Source: Dehalococcoidia bacterium
GTDB lineage: Bacteria > Chloroflexota > Dehalococcoidia > DSTF01 > JACRBR01
Direction of reading: 5' to 3'
Length of the DNA: 64,000 nt
NCBI GenBank assembly: GCA_041494685.1
Contig: JBGQBE010000003.1
Coordinates: 65,641 to 129,640, forward strand
A program made the translations under genes and the position numbers. Position 1 is the stretch's first letter. Each line of letters starts with the position of its first letter. The notes below the pieces were generated by a model, which saw only the letters and a list, made by a program, of their open reading frames with translations, searched no databases and had not been told where the DNA came from. Shown one piece after another: positions 40,836-52,982 of this stretch.

Positions 40836-40963
40836 GCGGCATTGTCGGGGCAGGGCGGCCGGGGGCGCAATGCGCGCCGCAGGATCGGCTGGCACTCACG
40901 GGCCGTGATTTATCAGGGGGTTCCCCTATGGGCGGCCGATCCGCCCCCTGATCTAATACCACC

Positions 40964-41806
40964 ATGCTCGAACCACTGACCGCACCCGCCCGCCGCCCGC
41001 GCCGCGAGATCCGTACGCCCCTGCGCATCCAGCGCGGCGCGCCGGCCGCGAACCAGCTCATCACGGGCGACTGCCTGAAGGTGATGAAGGCGTGGCCGGG
41101 CGGCTGCATCGACCACTGCATCGTCGACCCGCCGTTCAACATCGGTTCGGGGAGCGGCCGCAAGAGCAAGAGCGGGCTGGGCTGGGCGTTCTCGTCGCAT
41201 GTGACGATGGAGGAGACGTGGGACGCGTTCACGAAGGACGAGTTCTTCGCCTTCAACGTCGCGTGGCTGCGCGAGGTGTCGCGCGTGGTAAAGCCGAACG
41301 GCAACATCCTGGTGTTCGGCACGTATCACAACATCTACCAGCTCGGCTTCATCCTGCAGAACGTGCTGGAGCGGCGGATACTCAACTCCATCGTCTGGTT
41401 CAAGCCGAACGCGCAGCCCAACATCACGGCGCGCACGCTGACCGAGAGCACGGAACAGATCATCTGGGCCGTGAACGAGACGCCGGCGAAGGCGACGGGT
41501 TGGACGTTCAACTACTGGGACGCCAAGGAGATGAACGGCGGCAAGCAGATGCGCAACCTGTGGGAGTTCGCCGTCACGTCGAAGAAAGAGCGAGCCGAGG
41601 GCAAGCACCCGTCGCAGAAGCCGCTGGGGCTGCTGGAGCGCGCGGTGCAGCTCGCGTCGAAGCCGGGCGAACTGTTGCTCGACCCGTTCGGCGGCGCAGG
41701 CACGCTCGCCGTCGCCGCGGCGAAGCACGAGCGCGAGTGGTTGCTGATCGAGAGCGAGCCGGAGTACGCCGCGATCGCGCAGCGCCGTATCGCCGCGGCC
41801 GGGTAG
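40964..41806 (+). CDS. Beta-class amino-DNA methyltransferase (N6-adenine or N4-cytosine; CcrM/M.HinfI-like), apparently orphan
   Basis: Motif IV DPPF precedes motif I (LLDPFGGAGT), the beta-class order. The N-terminus GDCL..M..LP...IDHCIVDPPFN resembles CcrM-type enzymes. No adjacent nuclease-like gene. Confidence 0.85.
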   Translation: MLEPLTAPARRPRREIRTPLRIQRGAPAANQLITGDCLKVMKAWPGGCIDHCIVDPPFNIGSGSGRKSKSGLGWAFSSHVTMEETWDAFTKDEFFAFNVAWLREVSRVVKPNGNILVFGTYHNIYQLGFILQNVLERRILNSIVWFKPNAQPNITARTLTESTEQIIWAVNETPAKATGWTFNYWDAKEMNGGKQMRNLWEFAVTSKKERAEGKHPSQKPLGLLERAVQLASKPGELLLDPFGGAGTLAVAAAKHEREWLLIESEPEYAAIAQRRIAAAG

Positions 41807-41808
41807 CT

Positions 41809-42402
41809 TCACCGGTCGCGCAGCGTCGCCAGGTAGCGACGCCCTGCGTCCGACAGCTCGTAACCGACCGCGTGGCTCACCGTCAGCCCGAGCGCCTTCA
41901 GCTTACGGACGTTGGCCTTGAAGTCGAGCGTCTGCCAGCCAAGTTCGGCCGCGAGCAGCCGTGCGGGCACGCGGGGGCCTGCTTCGATGAGTCTCAGGAT
42001 CGCCAGCGTCCACGGCCCGCGACTGGACAGGCGGTCCATCTTCTGCAGCCGCTTCGCCAGCCGATCGAGATCGATCGGTGCGCTCTGCGTCGTGTGCGGG
42101 GCGGTTTCGCCGAGGTAGCGGAACTGCACGCGGTGCAGCAACGTATCGTGCCGGACGCGGGTGTTCGTGTGCTCGCCGGCGAGATCGCAGATCGCCTGGA
42201 TGTCGGCGCATCCAGAAGGAAGCACGTCTTCCTCCGACACGAGCGCCGCCGGGACGACGCTGACGTCCTCGATCTCGACGGAGCCGAAGCCGGAGGGGTA
42301 CGTCTTCCCGACCTTGACGTGCGCGGACTTCCACAACCGGAAGGTCACGGTGATCTCGCCGTTTGCGACTCGCTCGCGGTCCTCGCGCCTGAACGTGACC
42401 AT
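41809..42402 (-). CDS. ASCH-domain plus C-terminal winged-HTH (MarR/PadR-like) protein
   Basis: N-terminus GEITVTFRLW...VKVGKTY...SEEDV...RVQFRYL fits the ASCH/PUA-like beta-barrel consensus. C-terminus LLAAELGWQ...KANVRKLKALGLTVSHAVGYELSDAGRRYL is a wHTH. ATG at 42402 has GGAGG 7 nt upstream; the listed ORF begins at 42513. Confidence 0.55.
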   Translation of the reverse strand: MVTFRREDRERVANGEITVTFRLWKSAHVKVGKTYPSGFGSVEIEDVSVVPAALVSEEDVLPSGCADIQAICDLAGEHTNTRVRHDTLLHRVQFRYLGETAPHTTQSAPIDLDRLAKRLQKMDRLSSRGPWTLAILRLIEAGPRVPARLLAAELGWQTLDFKANVRKLKALGLTVSHAVGYELSDAGRRYLATLRDR

Positions 42403-42431
42403 GCAGACCTCCGGTGCGGGCGCCGCGATGC

Positions 42432-43535
42432 TCACCCGGTCACGATCGTATCCTGCTCGCCGCTCCACAGCACGCCCTGTCGCTGCGTTTCCGCGGCGAC
42501 CAGCCGCGAGCACTGCACGCCGAGCAGACGGAAGCGGTCGCCGTCAGTGGCGATACGGTCGAGCAGCGCCCCCGCGAGCCCCAGGATGTCTTCGACGTCA
42601 TCGACCGGCGACTTCACGCTCGACTGGCGCGTGACGGTCGTGAAGTCCTCGTAACGCAGCTTGATCGCGACGGTGTACGCGCGCACGCCCGCGCCGCGTA
42701 CGCGCTGCGCGACCTCGGTGGCGATCTCGCGCAGGGCCGCGCGCAGCTCGGGGCCGTCGGGCAGGTCGCGCGCGAACGTCGTCTCGGCGCCGACGGACTT
42801 GCGCTCGTGCTGCGTCACCACCTCGCGGCCGTCGACGCCGCGCGCCATATCGTGCAGGAACGCGCCGTGCGTGCCGAGCAGGCGCTCGGCGTGGGCGCGG
42901 CTTGCGGCGGCGAGCGCGCCTATCGTCTCGAATCCGGCGCGGACGAGCAGCGACTCCGTCTTCGGGCCGACGCCCCAGAGCGCGCGCACCGGCAGCGGCG
43001 CAAGGAACGCCGCCTCGCCTCCGTGCGGCACGACGACCAGCCCGTCCGGCTTCTGCAGGTCCGAGGCGACCTTCGCGACGCTCTTGCTGCTGCCCACGCC
43101 GACCGAGAGGGTCAGCCCGGTGGCCTCGTGCACGTCGCGCTTCAGGTGGCGGGCGATGCGCTCCCCGTCGCCGGGCGCGCTCACGGCGGCCGTGACGTCG
43201 AGGTACGCCTCGTCGAGCGATAGCGGCTCGACGAGGGGCGTCAGTGCGCGGAAGATGGCCATGACGCGGCGCGAGAGCTCGCCGTAGCGCGCGAAGCGCG
43301 GGGGCACGCGCACGGCGTCGGGGCAGAGCCGTAGCGCGCGAACCATCGGCATGGCGGAGCGCACGCCGAAGCGCCGTGCTTCGTACGAGGCGGCCGCGAC
43401 GACGCCGCGCCCCTCCGGCGAGCCGCCGACGACGACGGGCTTGCCGCGCAGGTCCGGGTTGTCGAGCTGCTCGACGGACGCGTAGAACGCATCGAGGTCA
43501 GCGTGCAGGATCGTACGGATGAGGGGACTGCGCAT
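42432..43535 (-). CDS. dinB: DNA polymerase IV (Y-family)
   Basis: ILHADLDAFYASVE ... Y-family palm, finger and little-finger blocks. ATG at 43535 has GGGAG upstream. Confidence 0.9.
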   Translation of the reverse strand: MRSPLIRTILHADLDAFYASVEQLDNPDLRGKPVVVGGSPEGRGVVAAASYEARRFGVRSAMPMVRALRLCPDAVRVPPRFARYGELSRRVMAIFRALTPLVEPLSLDEAYLDVTAAVSAPGDGERIARHLKRDVHEATGLTLSVGVGSSKSVAKVASDLQKPDGLVVVPHGGEAAFLAPLPVRALWGVGPKTESLLVRAGFETIGALAAASRAHAERLLGTHGAFLHDMARGVDGREVVTQHERKSVGAETTFARDLPDGPELRAALREIATEVAQRVRGAGVRAYTVAIKLRYEDFTTVTRQSSVKSPVDDVEDILGLAGALLDRIATDGDRFRLLGVQCSRLVAAETQRQGVLWSGEQDTIVTG

Positions 43536-43919
43536 CAAGAACAAGCTCCCGAGAGAACCAGGATCGAGGATCCAGAACCCCGAACCTGGGGGCTGGACCG
43601 GGGATTTGGGGTACCTCTATTCGTGTTATGTCGTGCCATTCGAATCTGGTGGTGTACCTGTTTTGTAATTTTGGCTTTTTCCGGGGCCTCTCCCCGTGGA
43701 CGGGATACGCACCGGCGCGCGGAGGTCACAGAGGGTTCCGCGAGGAGCGATGATCCACCCGGGCTGAACCTCCTGCTTCGTCGAGGCGGAATGTAACACG
43801 GGGTGGGGGCGATCTCCGAGCAGGCGGTGTCGGCGGGACCCAGAACGCAGGAGCACGGCAGAAGCGAGCATCCAGGCCGCGGAATCGATGTCAGGTTCAT
43901 GGTTCCGGGTTCTGCGTGC

Positions 43920-47125
<3,206 letters not shown>

Positions 47126-47146
<21 letters not shown>

Positions 47147-47413
47147 CGCGCCCCCCGGCAGGTCCTGGTACACGGTGACCACGCGGCCGCCTTCCAGCTG
47201 CAGCTGGTAGTACATGCGCGAGAGCTGCCGCTCCCGCCACCATTCGTCGTCGATGCGCCAGCGGTCCTGCACCGCGGCCACGGCGCGCATCGCGCCCTCG
47301 TACGCCACGGCGCGCGGTGCGCCGTGCTCGTCCGCCTGCACGCGCACGCCCGCCGGCGACGCTAGAGGTCGTAGTCGATGAGCGCGTAGCGGCGCTCGGG
47401 GATCCTGGACCAT
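47126..47413 (-). pseudogene. imuB: Out-of-frame C-terminal segment of ImuB (DUF4113-like W-rich domain)
   Basis: RIDDEWWRER...MYYQLQLEGG..VYQDLPGGAWW matches the conserved ImuB C-terminal domain. It lies -1 relative to the imuB body and overlaps its 3' end by 52 nt. Confidence 0.55.
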
Positions 47414-48558
47414 GGTTCAACCTCCACCATGCGGGCGACCTGTGACTCACCGAAGCGCGTCTTGAGCTGCCGCACCGCGGCCAGCAGCTGCGCGCGCCGG
47501 CGCGCCTGCTCGGCGAAGAGCAGGCTGCGTTGCTTGCCCGTCTCCGCCGTCAGCCCGACGAACTCCAGCGTCATCTCTTCGACCGGCCCCGCCAGTTGCA
47601 GCGGCTCGATCAGCTTCTTCAGCACGTAGACGATGCCCTCCTCGTCGCCCAGCGGCTCGCGGAACGTCAGCGTGCGCTCCCAGCTCCCGCCGCCCAGCAG
47701 CGACAGGCGCAGCCGCAGCTGCCGCACCTGCCGGTAGCGCATGGCGGGGCGCTGCAACAGCCGCCCGGTGAGCTGCAGCGCGGCGATGATCAACGCGCCG
47801 CTGTTGACCGTGGGCGCGGGCATGGACAGCGTGCTGGCGACCGGCTCCGTGCGCGTGCGCGGCAGGAACGGCGCCGTATCGATGCCGTGCGCCAGATCGC
47901 GCATGCGCCGCCCTTCGGCGCCGAACTGCGCCTGTGCCGGGCCGATGCCGAGCGCGGCGACGTCGCCGATGGTGCGGAGCGCGTAGAGCGCGAGCTTGCG
48001 CTGCGCCTCGTACGAGACGGGGAGGAACGACGTGCTGAGCGGCGCCAGGAACGCGGCCTCGCGGCCGGCGGGCACCACGGTCACCTCGCCCGGCGCGCCG
48101 ACCGCCGCCGCAGCCCACGCGAGGAACTTGCCCTCGCCCACGCCGGCGCTGGCGCGCACGCCCGCCCGCTGCGCGACGGCGCGCAGCAGCCGCGCGGCGG
48201 CGTCCGCCTGCGCTTCGTCGTCCGCGTGCGGGTCGATGGCGGCGAAGGCGATGCCGTCGCCGCCGGGCTCGACGGCCGGCTCGGCGCTCTCGATCGCGTC
48301 GAGCAGCGCATCGGCGGAGAGGCTGTAGTGCACGGGGTCGGGCGGCAGCAGCGTGATGTCCGGCACGATGGTGCGGGCATCGCGCAGCGGCATGCCGGTG
48401 CGGACGCCCAGCGCCGCCGCTTCGGGCGAGCAGTCCAACACCTGGTTCGCGCCCGGCGGCGGCTCGCCGATGGCGAGGGGCCGGCCCGCGAGCGCGGGCG
48501 CGCGCCGCTGCTCGAGCGCGATGCGGAAGTTGGGGACGGTGACGCAGGCCAGGCGCAT
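47362..48558 (-). CDS. imuB: ImuB (Y-family polymerase-like mutasome subunit), N-terminal ~400 aa; C-terminus truncated in this frame
   Basis: MRLACVTVPNF ... Y-family-like fold lacking catalytic acidic residues; directly upstream of dnaE2. ATG at 48558. Confidence 0.8.
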   Translation of the reverse strand: MRLACVTVPNFRIALEQRRAPALAGRPLAIGEPPPGANQVLDCSPEAAALGVRTGMPLRDARTIVPDITLLPPDPVHYSLSADALLDAIESAEPAVEPGGDGIAFAAIDPHADDEAQADAAARLLRAVAQRAGVRASAGVGEGKFLAWAAAAVGAPGEVTVVPAGREAAFLAPLSTSFLPVSYEAQRKLALYALRTIGDVAALGIGPAQAQFGAEGRRMRDLAHGIDTAPFLPRTRTEPVASTLSMPAPTVNSGALIIAALQLTGRLLQRPAMRYRQVRQLRLRLSLLGGGSWERTLTFREPLGDEEGIVYVLKKLIEPLQLAGPVEEMTLEFVGLTAETGKQRSLLFAEQARRRAQLLAAVRQLKTRFGESQVARMVEVEPWSRIPERRYALIDYDL

Positions 48559-48643
48559 GAAGCCGGCTCCGTTTGGGAGACTCACCCCGTTGCCCGGAGA
48601 AGGTGACCGGGCCGCCCGCGGGGAGGGCGAGGGCTGACGCCAG

Positions 48644-48663
48644 TATAGAACGATTGTTCTATA
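48644..48663. promoter_or_regulatory. LexA/SOS box (Cheo-type), TATAGAAC-GATT-GTTCTATA
   Basis: Perfect palindrome with GAAC-N4-GTTC core, 86 nt upstream of the imuB start. Confidence 0.75.
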
Positions 48664-48734
48664 CGTCAAGCCGGCACGCCGCGCGCACGCGTGGGGTAGG
48701 CTGTTCGCGGCAGAGATCGATATCCGGAGGAGAT

Positions 48735-49166
48735 ATGACGCCCGAAGAGCAGCGAGAGTTTCTGAAGAACAACCGGCTGGTGATCGTGGGCATCCCGCGC
48801 AAAGACGGCGCGCCGCACATGTCGCCGGTGTACTACGTGATGGACGGCGACGACATCCTGATCTCGACGACGGCGTCGCGCTTCAAGGCGAAGGCGATCC
48901 ACCGCAACCCGGCGGTCTCGCTCTGCATCCTGGGCGAGCAGCTGCCGTTCCCGTATCTGACGATCTACGGGCGGGGCGTCATCGAGGAGCAGGGCGCCGT
49001 CGAGGCGATGATGAAGATCGGCGCGCGCATCACCGGCAGCCCGGTCCCGGAGTCCGCGCGCCCGGCGGTCGAGAAGCGGGCGAAGGACGAGGGGCGCATC
49101 GTGCTGCGCGTCACGCCGGAGCGCACCTCGCACATGACGCCGTACAACATCCCGAAGCAGCTCTGA
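48735..49166 (+). CDS. PPOX-class (pyridoxamine 5'-phosphate oxidase-like) F420-dependent enzyme family protein
   Basis: Split-barrel signature LVIVGIPRKDGAPHMSPVYYV. GGAGG lies 5 nt upstream of ATG. Confidence 0.7.
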   Translation: MTPEEQREFLKNNRLVIVGIPRKDGAPHMSPVYYVMDGDDILISTTASRFKAKAIHRNPAVSLCILGEQLPFPYLTIYGRGVIEEQGAVEAMMKIGARITGSPVPESARPAVEKRAKDEGRIVLRVTPERTSHMTPYNIPKQL

Positions 49167-49263
49167 CAGAACCGCCACCCGCTACCATGTGACGTGACCG
49201 GGCGCGGCGGACCGCGTCCGAAGGGACGCGCGAGCGCACCCGTTGCGGCGCGCGAAGGAATCT

Positions 49264-50844
49264 ATGCTGTACGCGGAAAACGTGTCGAAGTCGTTCGGCA
49301 GCATCGACGTGCTGTCCGATGTGACGTTCATCGTCAGCGCCGGCGAGCGCGCGGGCCTGGTCGGCCCGAACGGCGCCGGCAAGTCGACGATCCTGAAGCT
49401 GCTTGCCGGTGACGAGAAGCCCGATACGGGCGCGGCCGGATGTCGCGGCGGCAGCCTGGGCTACCTGAGGCAGGAGGCCGGCCACGATCCGGCGCGTCCG
49501 CTGCTGGAGGAGATGTGGACGGCGTTCCCGGACGTGCGCGGCATCGACCTGCGCCTGCACGAGATCTCGGGCCAGATGGAGCGCGGCGACGGCGACCTGG
49601 ACGCGCTGATCGCCGAGCAGGGGGCGCTGTTCGAGCGCTTCGAGTCGCTCGACGGCTACCGTATCGACTCGCACATCGGCCGCGTACTCGACGGGCTGGG
49701 CTTCGCGCCGGAGGACCGCACGAAGCTCTGCGGCGACTTCAGCGGCGGCTGGCAGATGCGCATCGCGCTGGCGAAGATCCTGGTGCGCCGCCCTGACCAC
49801 ATCCTGCTCGACGAGCCTACGAACCACCTGGACGCCGCCGCGCGCGAGTTCCTGGCCGACGAGTTGACGAAGTACAAGGGCACGCTGCTCATCGTCACGC
49901 ACGACTCCGAGTTCCTGGACCGCGTGGCGACGCGCATCCTGGACCTGCGCGAGGGGCGCGTCGACTCGTACACCGGCAACTACACCGAGTACCAGCGCCA
50001 GAAGGCGGAGCGCCTGCAGCAGCAGGATCGCGCCGCCTCCCGCCAGGAGCGCGAGCTGGTGAAGCAGGAGCGCTTCATCGAGCGGTTCCGCGCGAAGGCG
50101 TCGAAAGCGACCGCGGTGAAGAGCCGCGAGAAGGCCGTCGCGAAGATCGAGCGCATCGGCCACACGCGCAAGGAGGCGGAGGTGAGCTTCCAGCTCACGG
50201 CGCACGGCCGCATGGAACGCGACGTGCTGCTGCTGGAGGAGATCGGCCACGCCTACGACGACGATGTCGTGCTGATCGACGTGAACCTGCACGTGGAGCG
50301 CGGACAGAAGGTCGTGCTCATCGGCCCGAACGGCAGCGGCAAGAGCACGCTGCTGCGCATCGCCGCCGGCGTCATCACGCCGACGCACGGGAGCGTTGAG
50401 TGGGCCGAGCGCGCGCGCCTGGGCTACTACGACCAGCACCAGGACGAGGTGATGGAGAGCGACAGCACCGTGCTGGACGAGGTGCGCTCCGTCGCGCCGA
50501 ACGAGCCGGACGTGCGGCTGCGCACCGTGCTGGGGCAGTTCCTGTTCCGCGGCGACGACGTGTTCAAGAAGATCGGCGTGCTGTCGGGCGGCGAGCGCAG
50601 CCGCGTGGCGCTGGCGAAGTTCCTGCTGCAGCCGTCGAACGTGCTGCTGCTGGACGAGCCGACGAACCACCTCGACCGCACGACGCGCCGCAAGCTCATC
50701 GAGGCGCTGGAGAAGTACGAGGGCACGATCATCTGCGCCAGCCACGACCCGGGCATCCTGGACCGCGTGGCGACGCGCGTGTACGAGGTCAAGGACGGCG
50801 GCTGCCGCGAGCTGCTGGAGCGCCGCAGGGATGCTGTTCGCTAG
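49264..50844 (+). CDS. ABC-F family ATPase (tandem ABC domains, no TMD)
   Basis: Two Walker A (GPNGAGKST, GPNGSGKST) and two signature motifs (LSGGWQ, LSGGER) with an inter-domain linker. GAAGGA lies upstream of ATG 49264. Confidence 0.9.
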   Translation: MLYAENVSKSFGSIDVLSDVTFIVSAGERAGLVGPNGAGKSTILKLLAGDEKPDTGAAGCRGGSLGYLRQEAGHDPARPLLEEMWTAFPDVRGIDLRLHEISGQMERGDGDLDALIAEQGALFERFESLDGYRIDSHIGRVLDGLGFAPEDRTKLCGDFSGGWQMRIALAKILVRRPDHILLDEPTNHLDAAAREFLADELTKYKGTLLIVTHDSEFLDRVATRILDLREGRVDSYTGNYTEYQRQKAERLQQQDRAASRQERELVKQERFIERFRAKASKATAVKSREKAVAKIERIGHTRKEAEVSFQLTAHGRMERDVLLLEEIGHAYDDDVVLIDVNLHVERGQKVVLIGPNGSGKSTLLRIAAGVITPTHGSVEWAERARLGYYDQHQDEVMESDSTVLDEVRSVAPNEPDVRLRTVLGQFLFRGDDVFKKIGVLSGGERSRVALAKFLLQPSNVLLLDEPTNHLDRTTRRKLIEALEKYEGTIICASHDPGILDRVATRVYEVKDGGCRELLERRRDAVR

Positions 50845-51371
50845 ATCGTCGCGCCGCCGCGCGCGGCGACGAGCCCCTTCGCAAACTCGATCTCGCCCAG
50901 GTGGCGGTAGCCGTGCGTCATCACCATGCCGGCGATGCACTGCAGGATCGACATCTCGCCCAGCGGCTTCACCGTGATCTTGCGCGCCGCTTCATCGAGC
51001 GGCACCGTCTTCACGTACTCTTCGGTCTTGCGGAAGACGTCGAGCATGTACTGGCGGAAGTCGGCCGCGCCGTGGATGCGGAAGTTGCGCGCCTCGTCGT
51101 CGGTGAAGCCGGTGCCCTGCGACTTCGCGTCCAGGCCGAACTTCTCCGCCCAGCCCGCCTCGATCCACACCGTCGGCTTGCGCTGGATGACGAACTGGAT
51201 GACGTTGTCCTCGGTGCGGACGTAGTGCCAGAGGCAGAACGCGATGTTCTGGTGGCCGCCCGCGGGCACGTGGTTGAGCTGCCGGTCGTCGAGATCGACA
51301 GTGACGCGCTCGTAGAGGCCGTGCATGCCGCGGATCTCGCCCGCCAGGTACTGCAGCAGTTCTTGCGACAC
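50841..51371 (-). CDS. DinB_2/DinB-superfamily protein
   Basis: His-containing four-helix-bundle pattern (FCLWHYVRTED ... MTHGYRHLGEIE). GTG start at 51371, immediately after the fumB stop. Confidence 0.55.
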   Translation of the reverse strand: MSQELLQYLAGEIRGMHGLYERVTVDLDDRQLNHVPAGGHQNIAFCLWHYVRTEDNVIQFVIQRKPTVWIEAGWAEKFGLDAKSQGTGFTDDEARNFRIHGAADFRQYMLDVFRKTEEYVKTVPLDEAARKITVKPLGEMSILQCIAGMVMTHGYRHLGEIEFAKGLVAARGGATI

Positions 51372-51372
51372 G

Positions 51373-51993
51373 CTACCCCGCCTTCTCTGCCGGCGGCACC
51401 GACTGGTACGCGCCCAGCACCGCCTGGTCGCGGTACTGCTCCTTGCCGGCCAGCAGCAGGTCCTCACCGTACATGTCGCAGCAGACGATCGCCGGGAAGC
51501 CATCGACCTCCAGTCGCTTGATTGACTCGGTGCCGAGGTCCTCGTAGGCGATGACGTCCATCTTCTTGATCGTCTTGGACAGCAGCGCGCCGGCGCCGCC
51601 GATCGCCAGCAGGTAGACGGCCTTGTGCTGCTTCAGCGCGTTCTTGACGATGGTGCCGCGGCCGCCCTTGCCGATGATCACCTTCAGCCCCTGCTCGAGC
51701 AACGTCGGCGTGAACGGGTCGAGCCGCATCGAGGTCGTCGGGCCGGCGGAGCCGATGACGCGCCCCGGGCGCGCCGGCGACGGGCCGACGTAGTAGATGA
51801 CCTGCCCTTTGATATCGACCGGCAGCGGCTTGCCCTCCGCCAGCGCCGTCACCATGCGGCGGTGCGCCGCGTCGCGCGCGGTGTAGATGGTGCCGTAGAA
51901 CTTCACGTGGTCGCCCGCGTGCAGCTGCGCGACGTCCTCCTCGGTGAAGGGCGGGTACGCCTTGATCTCGCCGTTTTCCTTTACGATTGGCAT
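51373..51993 (-). CDS. Class I fumarate hydratase / L(+)-tartrate dehydratase, beta subunit
   Basis: 206 aa, MPIVKENGEIKAYPP...GKGGRG matches the Fe-S hydro-lyase beta region. GAGGAGG RBS. The listed 484-aa ORF is an upstream run-on. Confidence 0.85.
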   Translation of the reverse strand: MPIVKENGEIKAYPPFTEEDVAQLHAGDHVKFYGTIYTARDAAHRRMVTALAEGKPLPVDIKGQVIYYVGPSPARPGRVIGSAGPTTSMRLDPFTPTLLEQGLKVIIGKGGRGTIVKNALKQHKAVYLLAIGGAGALLSKTIKKMDVIAYEDLGTESIKRLEVDGFPAIVCCDMYGEDLLLAGKEQYRDQAVLGAYQSVPPAEKAG

Positions 51994-52046
51994 CTGGTCC
52001 TCCTCGGGCGCCGCGCGCCCATCTCTTCGCCGCGCCGCGCCGTCGT

Positions 52047-52382
52047 CTAGCCTTCGATTGCCTCGGGCAGCTCCACGTTCACCACCACGTTCTCCTGCCC
52101 GCCGCGCGCGAGGACCGCCACCAGGCGCTCCTCCGCGACGTTGATCTCCTGGTGCACCAGCCTCGTCGGCACGAAGATGAAGTCGCCGGGATCGGCCACG
52201 GCGCTGTGCTCGAGCCGCGCGCCCCAGCGCATCCGCATGCGGCCGCTCATGACGTAGATGGCGCTCTCCACGTCGCCGTGGTGGTGCGCGCCGGAGCGGA
52301 AGCCGGGCTCCGTCGTCACTTCGCCCATCCAGACGCCGCTCGACCCCGCCGTGGCGGCCGAGACGCCGGCGACGCGCGACAT
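52047..52382 (-). CDS. Cupin-domain protein
   Basis: Cupin motifs: G(X)5HXH (GAHHHGDVE) and PxGxxH. Confidence 0.65.
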   Translation of the reverse strand: MSRVAGVSAATAGSSGVWMGEVTTEPGFRSGAHHHGDVESAIYVMSGRMRMRWGARLEHSAVADPGDFIFVPTRLVHQEINVAEERLVAVLARGGQENVVVNVELPEAIEG

Positions 52383-52439
52383 ACCCGGCGTCTGCGCCGT
52401 GCCGGCGTCGCGCTGGTGGGGCTTGATGATGCGGATCGC

Positions 52440-52982
52440 TCACCGCAGGTCCTTCTTCAAGTGGCTCACCGTGATCGGGCCCTTGGCGCCGTAGTACGCG
52501 CCGGGCTCTTCGCGCTCCAGGACGTAGCCCATCGACTCGTACAGCGGCACCAGGTTGTTCTTCTTCGCGCAGTCCAGCCGCACCGTATCGGAGCCGGCCA
52601 CGCGCGCCATCTCCTCGATCTGCGCCACGATCAGCGAAGCGAGGCCGCGCCCCTGCTGCGCCTTCGCGACGGCGAGCAGCCCGAAGTACGTGTCGTGCTC
52701 GCGCCGCTTGATGCGAGCGCAGCCGGCGAGCGCGCCGTCGAGCTCCGCGATGAGCAGCGCCGCGCCGGGCACCCGCAACTCGTCGCGTAAGTCGCCGACC
52801 GTCGTGCGCGGGGGCGGCAGCAGCCACGCCTCGCGCAGGTACGCCTCGTTGATCAGCGGTACGACGGCGGGCACGTCGGCATCGCCGCCCACGCGGAAAC
52901 GGACGCGTGCGGCCAGCGCCGCGTCCGGCTGTTTCGCGCGCGGCGCTACAGCGTCGCGCTCTTCGAGCGGGCGCTGTGGCAT
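52440..52982 (-). CDS. GNAT-family N-acetyltransferase
   Basis: QGRGLAS acetyl-CoA motif. Its 5' end overlaps the fumA 3' end by about 37 nt, so a later start is possible. Confidence 0.7.
   Translation of the reverse strand: MPQRPLEERDAVAPRAKQPDAALAARVRFRVGGDADVPAVVPLINEAYLREAWLLPPPRTTVGDLRDELRVPGAALLIAELDGALAGCARIKRREHDTYFGLLAVAKAQQGRGLASLIVAQIEEMARVAGSDTVRLDCAKKNNLVPLYESMGYVLEREEPGAYYGAKGPITVSHLKKDLR

Noticed and set aside
40952-40963. TCTAAT/TAATAC as a -10 for a leaderless MTase transcript
   Set aside because: The hexamer does not fit TANNNT at the required 6-7 nt spacing. The promoter remains undefined.
43625-43650. TTCGAAT T-loop-like motif suggesting a tRNA or tRNA fragment in the dnaE2-dinB spacer
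   Set aside because: Flanking bases cannot form a T-stem or a 7-bp acceptor stem on either strand. No cloverleaf is possible.
47362-47380. The IPERR sequence in the imuB frame as the conserved ImuB C-terminal motif
   Set aside because: The W-rich conserved block (EWW...GGAWW) is in the other frame. PER here is coincidental and the imuB-frame tail ends 18 aa later without the Trp residues.
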